Virus record (IMG/VR): IMGVR_UViG_3300032295_002696 | Span: 1-30,162 of that record | Strand: one strand, 5' to 3' | Source of the DNA: a virus | Lineage: Duplodnaviria > Caudoviricetes | DNA: 30,162 nt | Shown: positions 8,941-17,755 of the stretch, piece by piece | How positions within the stretch are numbered: the first letter of the stretch is position 1 | Layout of the letters: every line of letters starts with the position of its first letter | The notes under the pieces: model-generated | What the model was told of the DNA's origin: nothing | Database searches by the model: none | Seen by the model: only the letters and a program-made list of their open reading frames with translations | Translations under genes and position numbers: made by a program

Positions 8941-10135
8941 ACCAGGTGATTATTGAATATCTTGTTCCAGAAACTACTGGTAATATTTCATGAGGGAACA
9001 TAAAATTAGAAGGGAACATTATAATAGATCCTTTTGTTCCTTTTATCACAACTTCCCTATCAAAAAATGCAAACTCTCCGCCATCATAGTCATCATTTAA
9101 AAGAAAAGAACAACTTACGGACCTTTGTTGATTTTTAAACGAATCTGTATGTTGAGTGTAAAATTGACCTTCCTTGTATCTCAATAAACTATATCCAGTA
9201 TCAATTTCCGAAGCAACTTCTGGGAATAACTTTCTATATTCATTTATTGCATTTGAAGCACAAGCATAAAAATCTTCATCTATTTTTTTTCTGAGATCAA
9301 AGTTTTTTTGAATTACTATTTCTTCGGAAATATTAATATTATCACAGTTTCTAATCTTATTATCTACATTTCCATTACCCACACTAGTGGGAGTCCAAAA
9401 ACTACACTCACTATACTCTTTTAATATTCTATCACACAATTCTTCAGAAACTATACCATCTAGTGTAAAAATATATTCTTCTAGTGGAGTTTTACTCTTA
9501 GGAGATATTGATTTAACTTCATTTTTTAAAGTATTATCTATTGATTCTTCAACAACTTTTTCTACAATTGATGTTTCTTCAGTTATTGATTTATTTGTTT
9601 CATTGATTTTATCAAAATATGCATAAGAACAATCTCCACGACTTCTTACATAATGTAAAAATACTTGTGTATAGTACTCACCTTCATATCGTTCTCTCCA
9701 GTGTGGGGCAGTTTTCCCCAGATATATCATTGCATCTCCAGGATTTAAATCGACACGACATTGTTCTCCAGATGGAGTTTCAATCCAAATGGGCCAATTA
9801 GAATCTCCATGGAGATGCAAAGTTAGAGATATTTCGCAAGCGTCTCTATCTACATGTCGTAATAACTCACTTCCGTTTTTATATACTCTTGAGTAAGCAT
9901 AAGTCGGCAAAACTGTCTCTCCTATTGCAGAAGAAACCTCTGGAGTTTTTTCGCAAAGTAACTCCAAAAATGGCATATAGTTATATGCAGAAAAAGAATT
10001 TGGAGCTTGAGAATCTCCTTCTAAATTATTTTCTTTACAGTGCTTTAAAAATTCAAACGAAAGATTAGAAGACCTTTCACTTGGAATAAAATTTGACAAC
10101 ACAATATAATTGTTTTCAATCAATGATTTTTTCAT
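8933..10135 (-). CDS. Tandem two-domain 2OG-Fe(II) oxygenase (prolyl-4-hydroxylase-like)
   Basis: Domain 1: LRHVDR...HWRE...QVFLHY; domain 2: QHTD...DYDGGEF...FPSNFMFPHEILPVVSGTRYSIITW; likely ATG at 10135. Confidence 0.85.
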   Translation of the reverse strand: MKKSLIENNYIVLSNFIPSERSSNLSFEFLKHCKENNLEGDSQAPNSFSAYNYMPFLELLCEKTPEVSSAIGETVLPTYAYSRVYKNGSELLRHVDRDACEISLTLHLHGDSNWPIWIETPSGEQCRVDLNPGDAMIYLGKTAPHWRERYEGEYYTQVFLHYVRSRGDCSYAYFDKINETNKSITEETSIVEKVVEESIDNTLKNEVKSISPKSKTPLEEYIFTLDGIVSEELCDRILKEYSECSFWTPTSVGNGNVDNKIRNCDNINISEEIVIQKNFDLRKKIDEDFYACASNAINEYRKLFPEVASEIDTGYSLLRYKEGQFYTQHTDSFKNQQRSVSCSFLLNDDYDGGEFAFFDREVVIKGTKGSIIMFPSNFMFPHEILPVVSGTRYSIITWYV

Positions 10136-10158
10136 TTTCCACAACGATTAATGTAATT

Positions 10159-10590
10159 TTAAATTTCTTTTAGAAGTTCTTCAATGTCGTAAAACAAATC
10201 TTCATCTTCATCTTCGTCATCTGAAGCAGGAATATGAGTCTCAAGAAATTGTGCTTGCAAACGTCCCTCTTCTTCTTTTCTAAGTCTCTCTTCTTCTTCC
10301 AATCTTTGTTGTATTAAGGCATCCTCTTCTTCTTTTTTTTCATTCCACTGACGGATGGCCTTTTCAAAGGTACAAAATTCTTCTATGCCCAGTGTAGTAA
10401 TTTTTAAGTTTTGATGAGGTCCAAAAAATTCTACTTCACCCTCGCCCTGGCCGTCGTCATCTTCGTCCAACCATTGCACTGCATGAATTTTTTTTTCATC
10501 ATAATCCGGAATCCAAGATAAATCTATGTCACCATAAGATTTACCATTTATGTAAACAGTATTATCTGAAGGTATAATAGTTAGTCTCAT
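10159..10590 (-). CDS. Hypothetical protein, possibly tail-fibre associated; acidic tail
   Basis: MRLTIIPSD...IHAVQW...GEVEF, coiled coil and Asp/Glu-rich C-terminus; directly downstream of the fibre-like genes. Confidence 0.6.
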   Translation of the reverse strand: MRLTIIPSDNTVYINGKSYGDIDLSWIPDYDEKKIHAVQWLDEDDDGQGEGEVEFFGPHQNLKITTLGIEEFCTFEKAIRQWNEKKEEEDALIQQRLEEEERLRKEEEGRLQAQFLETHIPASDDEDEDEDLFYDIEELLKEI

Positions 10591-10593
10591 ATA

Positions 10594-10929
10594 TTATTCT
10601 CCTGGTAACGCATGTGTATTCGTCAAAGAAGTTACATTTACTGGCAAAACGCCATTTTGTTGAAGTGCATCAATATATAGTTGTCTATTTTCATCATTAG
10701 ATTTTACTACTTCATTTCTAAATGATTCTACAGCTGCTCCAGTTTGTCTTTGTTGTTGAGAATTTTCAATGGTCAACATAGGCATCCAAGTCACAGCACA
10801 TGACCAATGATCTACATCTTGTCCTGTGTTTGGATTCATTCCTCTCACATGTGTATACCAAGAACATTTGTGTTCTATACAATCTTTTTTAATAAGAGGG
10901 CAAAAATTGCCAGATTCATTTTTTTTCAT
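10594..10929 (-). CDS. Cys-rich phage protein, possibly tail-fibre associated
   Basis: CPLIKKDCIEHKCSWY...CAVTWMPMLTIENSQQQRQTGAAVESFRNE; likely ATG at 10929 downstream of a promoter. Confidence 0.65.
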   Translation of the reverse strand: MKKNESGNFCPLIKKDCIEHKCSWYTHVRGMNPNTGQDVDHWSCAVTWMPMLTIENSQQQRQTGAAVESFRNEVVKSNDENRQLYIDALQQNGVLPVNVTSLTNTHALPGE

Positions 10930-10951
10930 ATAGATATCAAAAATATTTTTT

Positions 10952-10980
10952 ATTATATCACAATTTAAACGAAAGTACAA
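10952..10980 (-). promoter_or_regulatory. Sigma70-type promoter with extended -10
   Basis: Minus strand TTGTAC-17 bp-TATAAT with TGn before the -10; upstream of ATG 10929. Confidence 0.5.
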
Positions 10981-11480
10981 ACGATAACATCTATGTATTG
11001 AACTCTTAGGTCAATACTAGATGAAAATGAAGCAGAACCAGACCAAGGATGGCTATGCGCCCCACCACCCCCTTCAGCTCCTGTTGATGGAGAAGTTCTA
11101 GTCCAACCTGCAGCGGATCCTACATCACCTCCGCCTGGACTTAATCCTACAAAACCTCCGTTAGGATGTGAGTGACTTGGCAATTGAGGAGTAGATAATG
11201 TATGATTTCCCACAGTACCAGACATTGGTACAGATGCAACTGATATTGGTCTAAGAGAATTAGGAAACACTGATGTAAATGAAGAACTTCCACCAGATCC
11301 GCCGCCTGATCCACTAACTACTCTGAGTGTTTTATCATCATGTGATGTAGATTTTGTCCAACCAGTAGGAGCAGATGATTGAAAAAATACCGATACTGAG
11401 TTTTGTGGGACAATCCCATATTTTGAATTTAAAACTGTAGAATCACTGAATACTACTCCAGATGTTGTTAACTTAGCCAT
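10965..11480 (-). CDS. Short tail-fibre / tail-collar-like protein (paralog A)
   Basis: FFQSSAPTGWTK...LRVVSG collar-like motif, HTLSTPQLPSHSH and AHSH His motifs, YIDVIVCT C-terminus; Gly/Ser-rich. Confidence 0.7.
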   Translation of the reverse strand: MAKLTTSGVVFSDSTVLNSKYGIVPQNSVSVFFQSSAPTGWTKSTSHDDKTLRVVSGSGGGSGGSSSFTSVFPNSLRPISVASVPMSGTVGNHTLSTPQLPSHSHPNGGFVGLSPGGGDVGSAAGWTRTSPSTGAEGGGGAHSHPWSGSASFSSSIDLRVQYIDVIVCTFV

Positions 11481-11511
11481 TTTATATGATGTAAACTGGT
11501 ATTATTTAAAG

Positions 11512-11519
11512 TATTTATC
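11512..11519 (-). promoter_or_regulatory. T4-type late promoter variant (GATAAATA)
   Basis: Overlaps the stop of paralog B, about 30 bp upstream of the ATG of paralog A. Confidence 0.5.
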
Positions 11520-12063
11520 CATCAAAAGTACAGATAATAACATCTATATATTGAACAGCTATAGATACTGGTACACTGATTGATCCAGTTGCGCTGAAAG
11601 GGTGGGAGTGAGGCGAATTGCTACCAATTGAACCGGATGTTGGAAAGTTTCTAGAAAATCCTCCACTTCTGGTAACATCACCACCTCCCCATCCTATAAA
11701 AGCTCCATCTGGGTTAAAGAGTTGAGGATTTTCTGATAGAGCGACACCATTACTAGAATGACTATGGCTTGTTATTTGCGGAGTACTAAGTGCAGTTCCT
11801 CCAGTAGAATCTGAAGACGATAATGTACCAGCATAGTTAAAACCACTCATGGTGGATGTAAAGGAATTTGTTCCTGCAGATCCACCACCACTGCCTGATA
11901 CTACCCTGAGAGCTTTATTATCATGACTTGTAGATTTTGTCCATCCACTAGGAGCTGCGGCTTGATAGAAAACCCAAGCTGTGCTGGTTGGAAAAATTGC
12001 TCTTTTTGAATTTAATTCGTCTCCAACCGCAAACCTAATTCCAGTGGGTGTCAATGTAGCCAT
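11515..12063 (-). CDS. Short tail-fibre / tail-collar-like protein (paralog B)
   Basis: FYQAAAPSGWTKSTSHDNKALRVVSG, ALSTPQITSHSH, PHSH, VQYIDVIICT; clear paralog of 10965-11480. Confidence 0.7.
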   Translation of the reverse strand: MATLTPTGIRFAVGDELNSKRAIFPTSTAWVFYQAAAPSGWTKSTSHDNKALRVVSGSGGGSAGTNSFTSTMSGFNYAGTLSSSDSTGGTALSTPQITSHSHSSNGVALSENPQLFNPDGAFIGWGGGDVTRSGGFSRNFPTSGSIGSNSPHSHPFSATGSISVPVSIAVQYIDVIICTFDG

Positions 12064-12094
12064 GTTTTATTCCGAGACATTACCTACTTTAGAA

Positions 12095-12102
12095 TATTTA
12101 TA
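12095..12102 (-). promoter_or_regulatory. T4-type late promoter TATAAATA
   Basis: Exact consensus in the intergenic region, about 30 bp upstream of ATG 12063. Confidence 0.8.
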
Positions 12103-12128
12103 ATTCAATTTTTAATGTGCGAGGATTA

Positions 12129-12350
12129 TCAAGTCGATAAATCTTGATCAATCCAAAAACGTTCTGCGATAATATCTATACGAGAATCCAAAGAATTCTC
12201 CATGCGATAAAGTTCATTTGTCAACTCTACATTTTCATCTTCAAGAATTTTAACTCTTTGTTCAAGATCTACAAGTCTAGAATAAAGTTCATCAATCAAA
12301 ACCGGATCTTCAAATCCCCATTTTTTCTGAAACCAATTTGTTGCAATCAT
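12129..12350 (-). CDS. Hypothetical coiled-coil protein
   Basis: 73-aa ORF with heptad pattern. Confidence 0.7.
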   Translation of the reverse strand: MIATNWFQKKWGFEDPVLIDELYSRLVDLEQRVKILEDENVELTNELYRMENSLDSRIDIIAERFWIDQDLST

Positions 12351-12358
12351 AGTAAGTC

Positions 12359-13381
12359 CTAATTAATCCAATGATCATTTTCAAGAGTCCACCTAACAAC
12401 CTCTGCAATTCGTTCCCTCACAGATTTTTTAGGTTTCCATCCTAGTCGTTTCATTTTATCACTATCTAGGGCATAACGCAAGTCATGTCCAGGTCGTAGA
12501 GAATGAAAATCAACAAATTCATATTTTAGTTCTTTTCCTTGAGCTTCGGCAATTATCTGCGCCAACTCTAAGTTATTGAGTTCTTCGGATCCAACAATAT
12601 TAAACTTAGGACATTTAGCACCACCCCAAGTAGGTTCAAACTTATCTTTATAATTTAATAAAAAAAGAACAGAAGATGCGACATCTTCAGCGTGCATGTA
12701 ATGTCTAGATCCAGGAATTGTGCAGGTCTTATTGCTGTGAATTGTGACAGTTTCACCATCCCTAATCTTCTTAATGCACATAGGAATATACTTCTCTGGA
12801 TGTTGACGTTCACCAAACACATTCATTGTGTGAGTGATGTAAATAGGCAACCCATAAGTATTCTCATATGCTACAGCAAGTTCTTCACCACCTGCTTTTG
12901 ATGCACTGTAAGGATTGGTAGAGTTGTATCTATCATTCTCTTTGTATTTGATTCCATCAGGAGCAGGGCCAAATACTTCATCAGTACTGAAATAAATAAA
13001 TCTCTTGAGTTTCTTCTGAGTTCTTGCAAATTCAAGAATGTTGCAGGTTCCTACAACATTATCCATCACAAATTCCATTGGATACTCAATGCTTCTATCC
13101 ACATGAGATCCAGCAGCAAGGTGGAGAATATAATCAACAGAACCAATTTGACTACGAACTAAAGAATTTAGTTCTGATTTAAGATCATGGTAAACGACTT
13201 TTACACGTTTGCGAACTTCAGGATCAAAAGAAATGATTAGATCATGAAGACGATTTAAATTACCACTGTAGTCAAGACGATCGAGAGAAATAATATCCCA
13301 ATCCGTATAAGTAAGAAGATGCCCAATAAGATGGTGTGCAATAAATCCAGCTCCACCAGTAACAAGTACTTTTTTATTCAT
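12359..13381 (-). CDS. rmlB: dTDP-glucose 4,6-dehydratase-like NAD-dependent epimerase/dehydratase
   Basis: VLVTGGAGFI, DRLDYSGNL, HLAAGSHVDRSI, STDEVFG, PYSASK (YxxxK), QHPEKYIP, RPGHDLRYALD. Confidence 0.88.
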   Translation of the reverse strand: MNKKVLVTGGAGFIAHHLIGHLLTYTDWDIISLDRLDYSGNLNRLHDLIISFDPEVRKRVKVVYHDLKSELNSLVRSQIGSVDYILHLAAGSHVDRSIEYPMEFVMDNVVGTCNILEFARTQKKLKRFIYFSTDEVFGPAPDGIKYKENDRYNSTNPYSASKAGGEELAVAYENTYGLPIYITHTMNVFGERQHPEKYIPMCIKKIRDGETVTIHSNKTCTIPGSRHYMHAEDVASSVLFLLNYKDKFEPTWGGAKCPKFNIVGSEELNNLELAQIIAEAQGKELKYEFVDFHSLRPGHDLRYALDSDKMKRLGWKPKKSVRERIAEVVRWTLENDHWIN

Positions 13382-13384
13382 GAC

Positions 13385-13585
13385 TTATAGGACACCGACC
13401 TCTTTAAGATACCTTCGATATGCCATGAATCTGCTAAGTGAAGGTTGTCCCGGAATAGGACCTAAACTCTCACATATTTCGCAGTAACATAACCAATCAT
13501 ACCACGGAGTTGTTGGATCCAATGCTGGATGTGGACTTGTTTGTGTGTAGTTCTTTAAGGAGTTTAACCAGTTCTGGAGTTTCAT
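13385..13585 (-). CDS. Small hypothetical protein (start uncertain, may be the TTG at LDPTTPW)
   Basis: PWYDWLCYCEICESLG...RFMAYRRYLKEVGVL. Confidence 0.6.
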   Translation of the reverse strand: MKLQNWLNSLKNYTQTSPHPALDPTTPWYDWLCYCEICESLGPIPGQPSLSRFMAYRRYLKEVGVL

Positions 13586-13649
13586 TCCATTCCCATACTT
13601 GAGTGTGTGTTGGATCTTTTTTTTCGATTGTATAAGTTCTTTTTGACAT
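13497..13649 (-). CDS. Small hypothetical protein (50 aa, not in ORF track)
   Basis: MSKRTYTIEKKDPTHTQVWEWNETPELVKLLKELHTNKSTSSIGSNNSVV*; directly downstream of a promoter. Confidence 0.5.
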   Translation of the reverse strand: MSKRTYTIEKKDPTHTQVWEWNETPELVKLLKELHTNKSTSSIGSNNSVV

Positions 13650-13673
13650 AATTAAATTTATCTATCCTGTTTT

Positions 13674-13702
13674 AGTATACCATTTGTTTAATTTTTCATC
13701 AA
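13674..13702 (-). promoter_or_regulatory. Sigma70-type promoter
   Basis: TTGATG-17 bp-TATACT with TGn extension. Confidence 0.5.
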
Positions 13703-14943
13703 GTTTTGGGTCTAGTTTTTATAACATCCCAAATTCTTTGAAGTTCTGGAAAGGTTTCAATAACATTTTCACTTCTTATTTTATCAAATCTTCTCATTGA
13801 ATTTAAAAATTGTGGGATCAATTTTTGTTCTTGATACAAATCAATATAAGTTATCAAACTTTCATAAAAAGTAACAGATCTTTTAGACTTATTAGGAATG
13901 AGAAAATTGTTGATATGATTTCTTATATTTTCTTTTGCGGATTCTTTTGTCTTTTTATCTAAAATCCATACAGATTGTTCTCTTGGGGTTTGCATAAAAT
14001 TCAAAAAGAAAAAATCAATGTCTTTCATCAATCCGCTGTTATAGAGATATTGGTGTAAAGTGACAACATCAAAAATATTTAATGCTTGAACTGTACAATC
14101 AAAGTGTAGTTCATGAGTTCTTTCTTTGTGTTTAAATCTATTTCTAAACTGTTCCGCATGGGACACGAATCTGTCCCATTTAAATCCTTTTCGGATTAAC
14201 TCTCCTCTAGTACCTACACCATCAACACTGATATGAATTTGAACATCTTTACTAAACTGATCCCATAGATCAAAAATATGTCTACCCTTATAAACAAGAT
14301 TGCTGAAGTTACTATTATACGCTATAGTAACTTTATTGTTTCTACCGAGTTCAATAATCTTATCAAGTATTTTCCAGTGTTCGTCTATGATTAACGATTC
14401 TCCTCCAGAAAAATATAAATGGTTGACCATTCCAAGATATGGTTCTACTTCTTCATAAGTTTTTTCGGCCGCATCCCACTGACCAGAAATTTTTCCAAAC
14501 TGTTCTAATTCAAAACTAGAACTTGATGTCCAATGACACATCCTACATTTGAAATTACACTTACTACTTAACTTTAAGTCCCACCAAACAAATCCAGGAT
14601 CATTGACTGTATAATCATCATTAGTTTCATACACAAATTTTTTATAGTGTGGAAATAAATCGTTATTAAAATCTTGTCTCAAAGAACTTTTTCCAGCCAT
14701 CTGATTGTTATAACATACCTGACAACTCTTGTGTGGTATGCCATTGATCATGTTTTTACGAAACTTTTTTATTGGTTCATCATTCCAAATTTCCCACAAA
14801 GATTTCTTTTTAATATCTCCATAAGTGTATTCGGAGACACAACAAGGTTTAACTTCACCATCTTGTCGGATGTCTAGAGCCATCCAGGGTGCAACACAAA
14901 AAACTTCTCCTTTTAAGTTTATTTTACGTTTATCAACCATCAC
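13699..14943 (-). CDS. Radical SAM protein with N-terminal SPASM/twitch domain (paralog 1)
   Basis: N-terminal FCVAPW...GEVKPCC...SLWEIWN...CQVC; radical SAM CNFKCRMC; FSGGES; ISVDG. Confidence 0.9.
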   Translation of the reverse strand: MMVDKRKINLKGEVFCVAPWMALDIRQDGEVKPCCVSEYTYGDIKKKSLWEIWNDEPIKKFRKNMINGIPHKSCQVCYNNQMAGKSSLRQDFNNDLFPHYKKFVYETNDDYTVNDPGFVWWDLKLSSKCNFKCRMCHWTSSSSFELEQFGKISGQWDAAEKTYEEVEPYLGMVNHLYFSGGESLIIDEHWKILDKIIELGRNNKVTIAYNSNFSNLVYKGRHIFDLWDQFSKDVQIHISVDGVGTRGELIRKGFKWDRFVSHAEQFRNRFKHKERTHELHFDCTVQALNIFDVVTLHQYLYNSGLMKDIDFFFLNFMQTPREQSVWILDKKTKESAKENIRNHINNFLIPNKSKRSVTFYESLITYIDLYQEQKLIPQFLNSMRRFDKIRSENVIETFPELQRIWDVIKTRPKT

Positions 14944-16225
14944 ATATAATCCTTTTCAATTCTGGAAAAACTTCTAAAGAATTTTCATTTCTGATTAAGT
15001 CTAGTGTAGAAATATAAGATTTAAACGTAGGAATAAGATGTTCATTTTTATCAGTAGTCAAAAGTTTAAGAATTGACATATACTGTTTAATTGATTTTTC
15101 TGCCTTTGCTGGAACAAGGTAATTTTGAATATGATATTTAATTTGTTCACCCAAAGACTTTCTCAATTCAGAATCAAGAATAGATACCGAAAGATATTCT
15201 GGGGTATGCAATAAACACAAGTTAAAAGCATCCCAATTATGAATTATACCTCTCAAATAAAGTTCTTTATGTGCTTCCATGGCATGAAAACAATTTAAAG
15301 CTTGAATAACAAAATTGATTGAAACACTCTTGTGGGGAAACTTATTCCTAAACATTTTAAAGTTATCCAAAAACTTTTGCCAATCAAATCCTTTTCTAAT
15401 TAGTTCTCCTCTTTTACCTGCACCATCAAAACTTATCGACAGATGAAAGTTTGGAAACTTTTGCCATAAGTCTAAAACATTTTGATCTTTGTATTTCAAA
15501 GTACTAAAATTTGTATTATATGATATTCTAACATCTCTATTTCTACCCCTTTCAATTAACTTATTTAAAATTTCATAGTGATGATCTGCAATTAAAGGTT
15601 CTCCGCCAGCAAAATATATTTCTTCCACAATATCATATAATGGTTCAATGTCTTGGCGAACCATGTCTATATCAATTTTTGGATATTCTCCTTCAATGTT
15701 AAATTGTTTTCGCATTTCTTGTTCCCAAGAACTACTATATCCCGGACCACACATTCTACACTTAAAATTGCAAATGTTAGTTAATCTAAAATCCCAATAG
15801 ACAAGATTAAATCTTTCAAAAGTTCCGTCTTCCCTAGTCTCTTCGACATATTTGTAATTGTTCGCGTAAAGACTATTAAAAGTTTGTCTAGGAGAACCAT
15901 GACCTATTTCTTCTTCCTTATAACATGTAGTACAGTAACTAGACTTTTTTCCTTCCATCATATTTCTACGAAGTTCTCTCATGGGTTCATTGTTCCAAAT
16001 CTCTTTAAGAGATTCATTCATTAAAGAACCCATTCTAAAATCCCTCGGAGCACCATTGCACTCAGAAGCAATAATTTCTAAAGTTGATTCATCAATACCA
16101 TTATTAGAAACACCTTTCTCTACATCACACAAAGGCATCAAACAACATGGATAAACATCGCCATTGGGACCAATGTTCATATGAACCCATGGAGCCATAC
16201 AGAAAGTTTTATTTTCAGTGTTCAT
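14933..16225 (-). CDS. Radical SAM protein with N-terminal SPASM/twitch domain (paralog 2)
   Basis: FCMAPW...GDVYPCC...SLKEIWN...CTTC; CNFKCRMC; FAGGEP; YNTN; ISFDG. Confidence 0.9.
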   Translation of the reverse strand: MNTENKTFCMAPWVHMNIGPNGDVYPCCLMPLCDVEKGVSNNGIDESTLEIIASECNGAPRDFRMGSLMNESLKEIWNNEPMRELRRNMMEGKKSSYCTTCYKEEEIGHGSPRQTFNSLYANNYKYVEETREDGTFERFNLVYWDFRLTNICNFKCRMCGPGYSSSWEQEMRKQFNIEGEYPKIDIDMVRQDIEPLYDIVEEIYFAGGEPLIADHHYEILNKLIERGRNRDVRISYNTNFSTLKYKDQNVLDLWQKFPNFHLSISFDGAGKRGELIRKGFDWQKFLDNFKMFRNKFPHKSVSINFVIQALNCFHAMEAHKELYLRGIIHNWDAFNLCLLHTPEYLSVSILDSELRKSLGEQIKYHIQNYLVPAKAEKSIKQYMSILKLLTTDKNEHLIPTFKSYISTLDLIRNENSLEVFPELKRIICDG

Positions 16226-16869
16226 TGATCTCTCTCTTTTTTGGATTTAATTCCATGCCAAACCTGATCATCTAACCAATATTGATCAACAAATTTAATG
16301 TATTTTTTATTGGGATCTTCAGTAATAAATTTAAAGATGTCGGGATTATTATAATCAATTGGAAAATCTAGGAGTTCACTCACCCACTTCAAATAATATT
16401 GTCTATGTAAGAAAAATGCTTCATTGTCCAGAAAGTGAACTTTAAATTCATTTCCAATAATATTATTTTGATAATAATGCATTGCGATTGGTAAAGTTAC
16501 TTCACCACGAACTCTCTTTTGTTGTTCGGAATTGATATTTTGATCCCTAACAATGATACAAATCTGAACATCAATTCCTAAAGACTGAGCCTTTTCTGCA
16601 AATTCTTTGATCTTTGGAATATACCTTACTCCATCATAATAGAATGGGCAACTTACATTTGCCAACCAGTAGTCATATCCTTCAAAATCTTTCTCTGACA
16701 ACTCTTCTGGATTCACCCAATACTTAGCAAAGTATTCTTCATCACTAGGAACCCAATACTTTTCTAGAAGACTTTTCCACCCACCAACTTTAGGGTGAGT
16801 ACTAAAAACTCTACTAAAGAAATGATTTCCAGATCCTTGTGGACCAGTAGTGATGACTAGTTTTTTCAT
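16222..16869 (-). CDS. P-loop / sulfotransferase-like protein (paralog 1)
   Basis: Beta strand + TGPQGSGNH loop at the N-terminus, IIVRD downstream; function not certain. Confidence 0.5.
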   Translation of the reverse strand: MKKLVITTGPQGSGNHFFSRVFSTHPKVGGWKSLLEKYWVPSDEEYFAKYWVNPEELSEKDFEGYDYWLANVSCPFYYDGVRYIPKIKEFAEKAQSLGIDVQICIIVRDQNINSEQQKRVRGEVTLPIAMHYYQNNIIGNEFKVHFLDNEAFFLHRQYYLKWVSELLDFPIDYNNPDIFKFITEDPNKKYIKFVDQYWLDDQVWHGIKSKKERDQ

Positions 16870-17486
16870 AATGACTTCAGAGGTACTCCAGTTTTGTTAC
16901 AGTTATCCAAAAAATATTCCTCAACATGATGAACATACTTATCGTTTGAATCATTAGATAAGATCCCATCAACTCTAGAATCATCCCAAGCAATGGGAAT
17001 ACCAATATCCAAACTCTTTAGATAATCTTGTTTATAAAGATACAACAGCTCATAACTTAAGAAGATGGGATTAGGAAACTCTGGAAGTTGTTTCATGAAC
17101 AAAGGAAACGTACTTTCACCCCTCAAACGATTTTGTTGATGTCTAAGAATATTTTGATCTCTACCAATCACCAATACTTGCGTCTTAATACCAAGTTTCT
17201 CTACTTCATTGGCGAATACCATAATATTTGGTTCCCACTTTTTTTCCTGAATACCAAGTGGAATACTGATACTTGTGAAGAAATATTCGTGAGTAGACCA
17301 ATCAAAGTCTTTTAACTTAGATGGATCTTTCCACTGTTCACAAAATGGTTCTGCAAACCTATGAGCTTCCCAGTAGTTATCAAGGAGAGTCTTCCACCCA
17401 AATACTTTAGGATGTAATGAAAATATTTTAGACCAAAGATGATTACCAGACCCTTGTGGTCCAGTAAGAATTACCATTTTTTTCAT
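16866..17486 (-). CDS. P-loop / sulfotransferase-like protein (paralog 2)
   Basis: ILTGPQGSGNHLWSKIFS, VIGRDQNI, FLSYE; paralog of 16222-16869. Confidence 0.5.
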   Translation of the reverse strand: MKKMVILTGPQGSGNHLWSKIFSLHPKVFGWKTLLDNYWEAHRFAEPFCEQWKDPSKLKDFDWSTHEYFFTSISIPLGIQEKKWEPNIMVFANEVEKLGIKTQVLVIGRDQNILRHQQNRLRGESTFPLFMKQLPEFPNPIFLSYELLYLYKQDYLKSLDIGIPIAWDDSRVDGILSNDSNDKYVHHVEEYFLDNCNKTGVPLKSL

Positions 17487-17737
17487 TTAAAAAATAACAA
17501 ATAGATTAATCCAGGAATAATGATAAGAAATTGTGGGAGAAAATTCATTACAATTGAAGGTTCTTTCCACTTAAGTCCCACATAAGTCCAACCAGAGGCA
17601 GCAATTAATTGCAGAATACTATTCCAAGGGGTTAGTCCCAGTACATGAAATACCATCGCAATGAGTATCAAACTGGCACTAACCCATTTAATTATACGAG
17701 TTTTATCTTTACGTCGTCTTGTTTCAATTGTACTCAT
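17483..17737 (-). CDS. Small multi-pass membrane protein
   Basis: Three hydrophobic segments (KWVSASLILIAMVF; PWNSILQLIAASGWTYVG; FLIIIPGLIYLLF). Confidence 0.75.
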   Translation of the reverse strand: MSTIETRRRKDKTRIIKWVSASLILIAMVFHVLGLTPWNSILQLIAASGWTYVGLKWKEPSIVMNFLPQFLIIIPGLIYLLFFK

Positions 17738-17755
17738 AATATAAAAAAGTTTATG

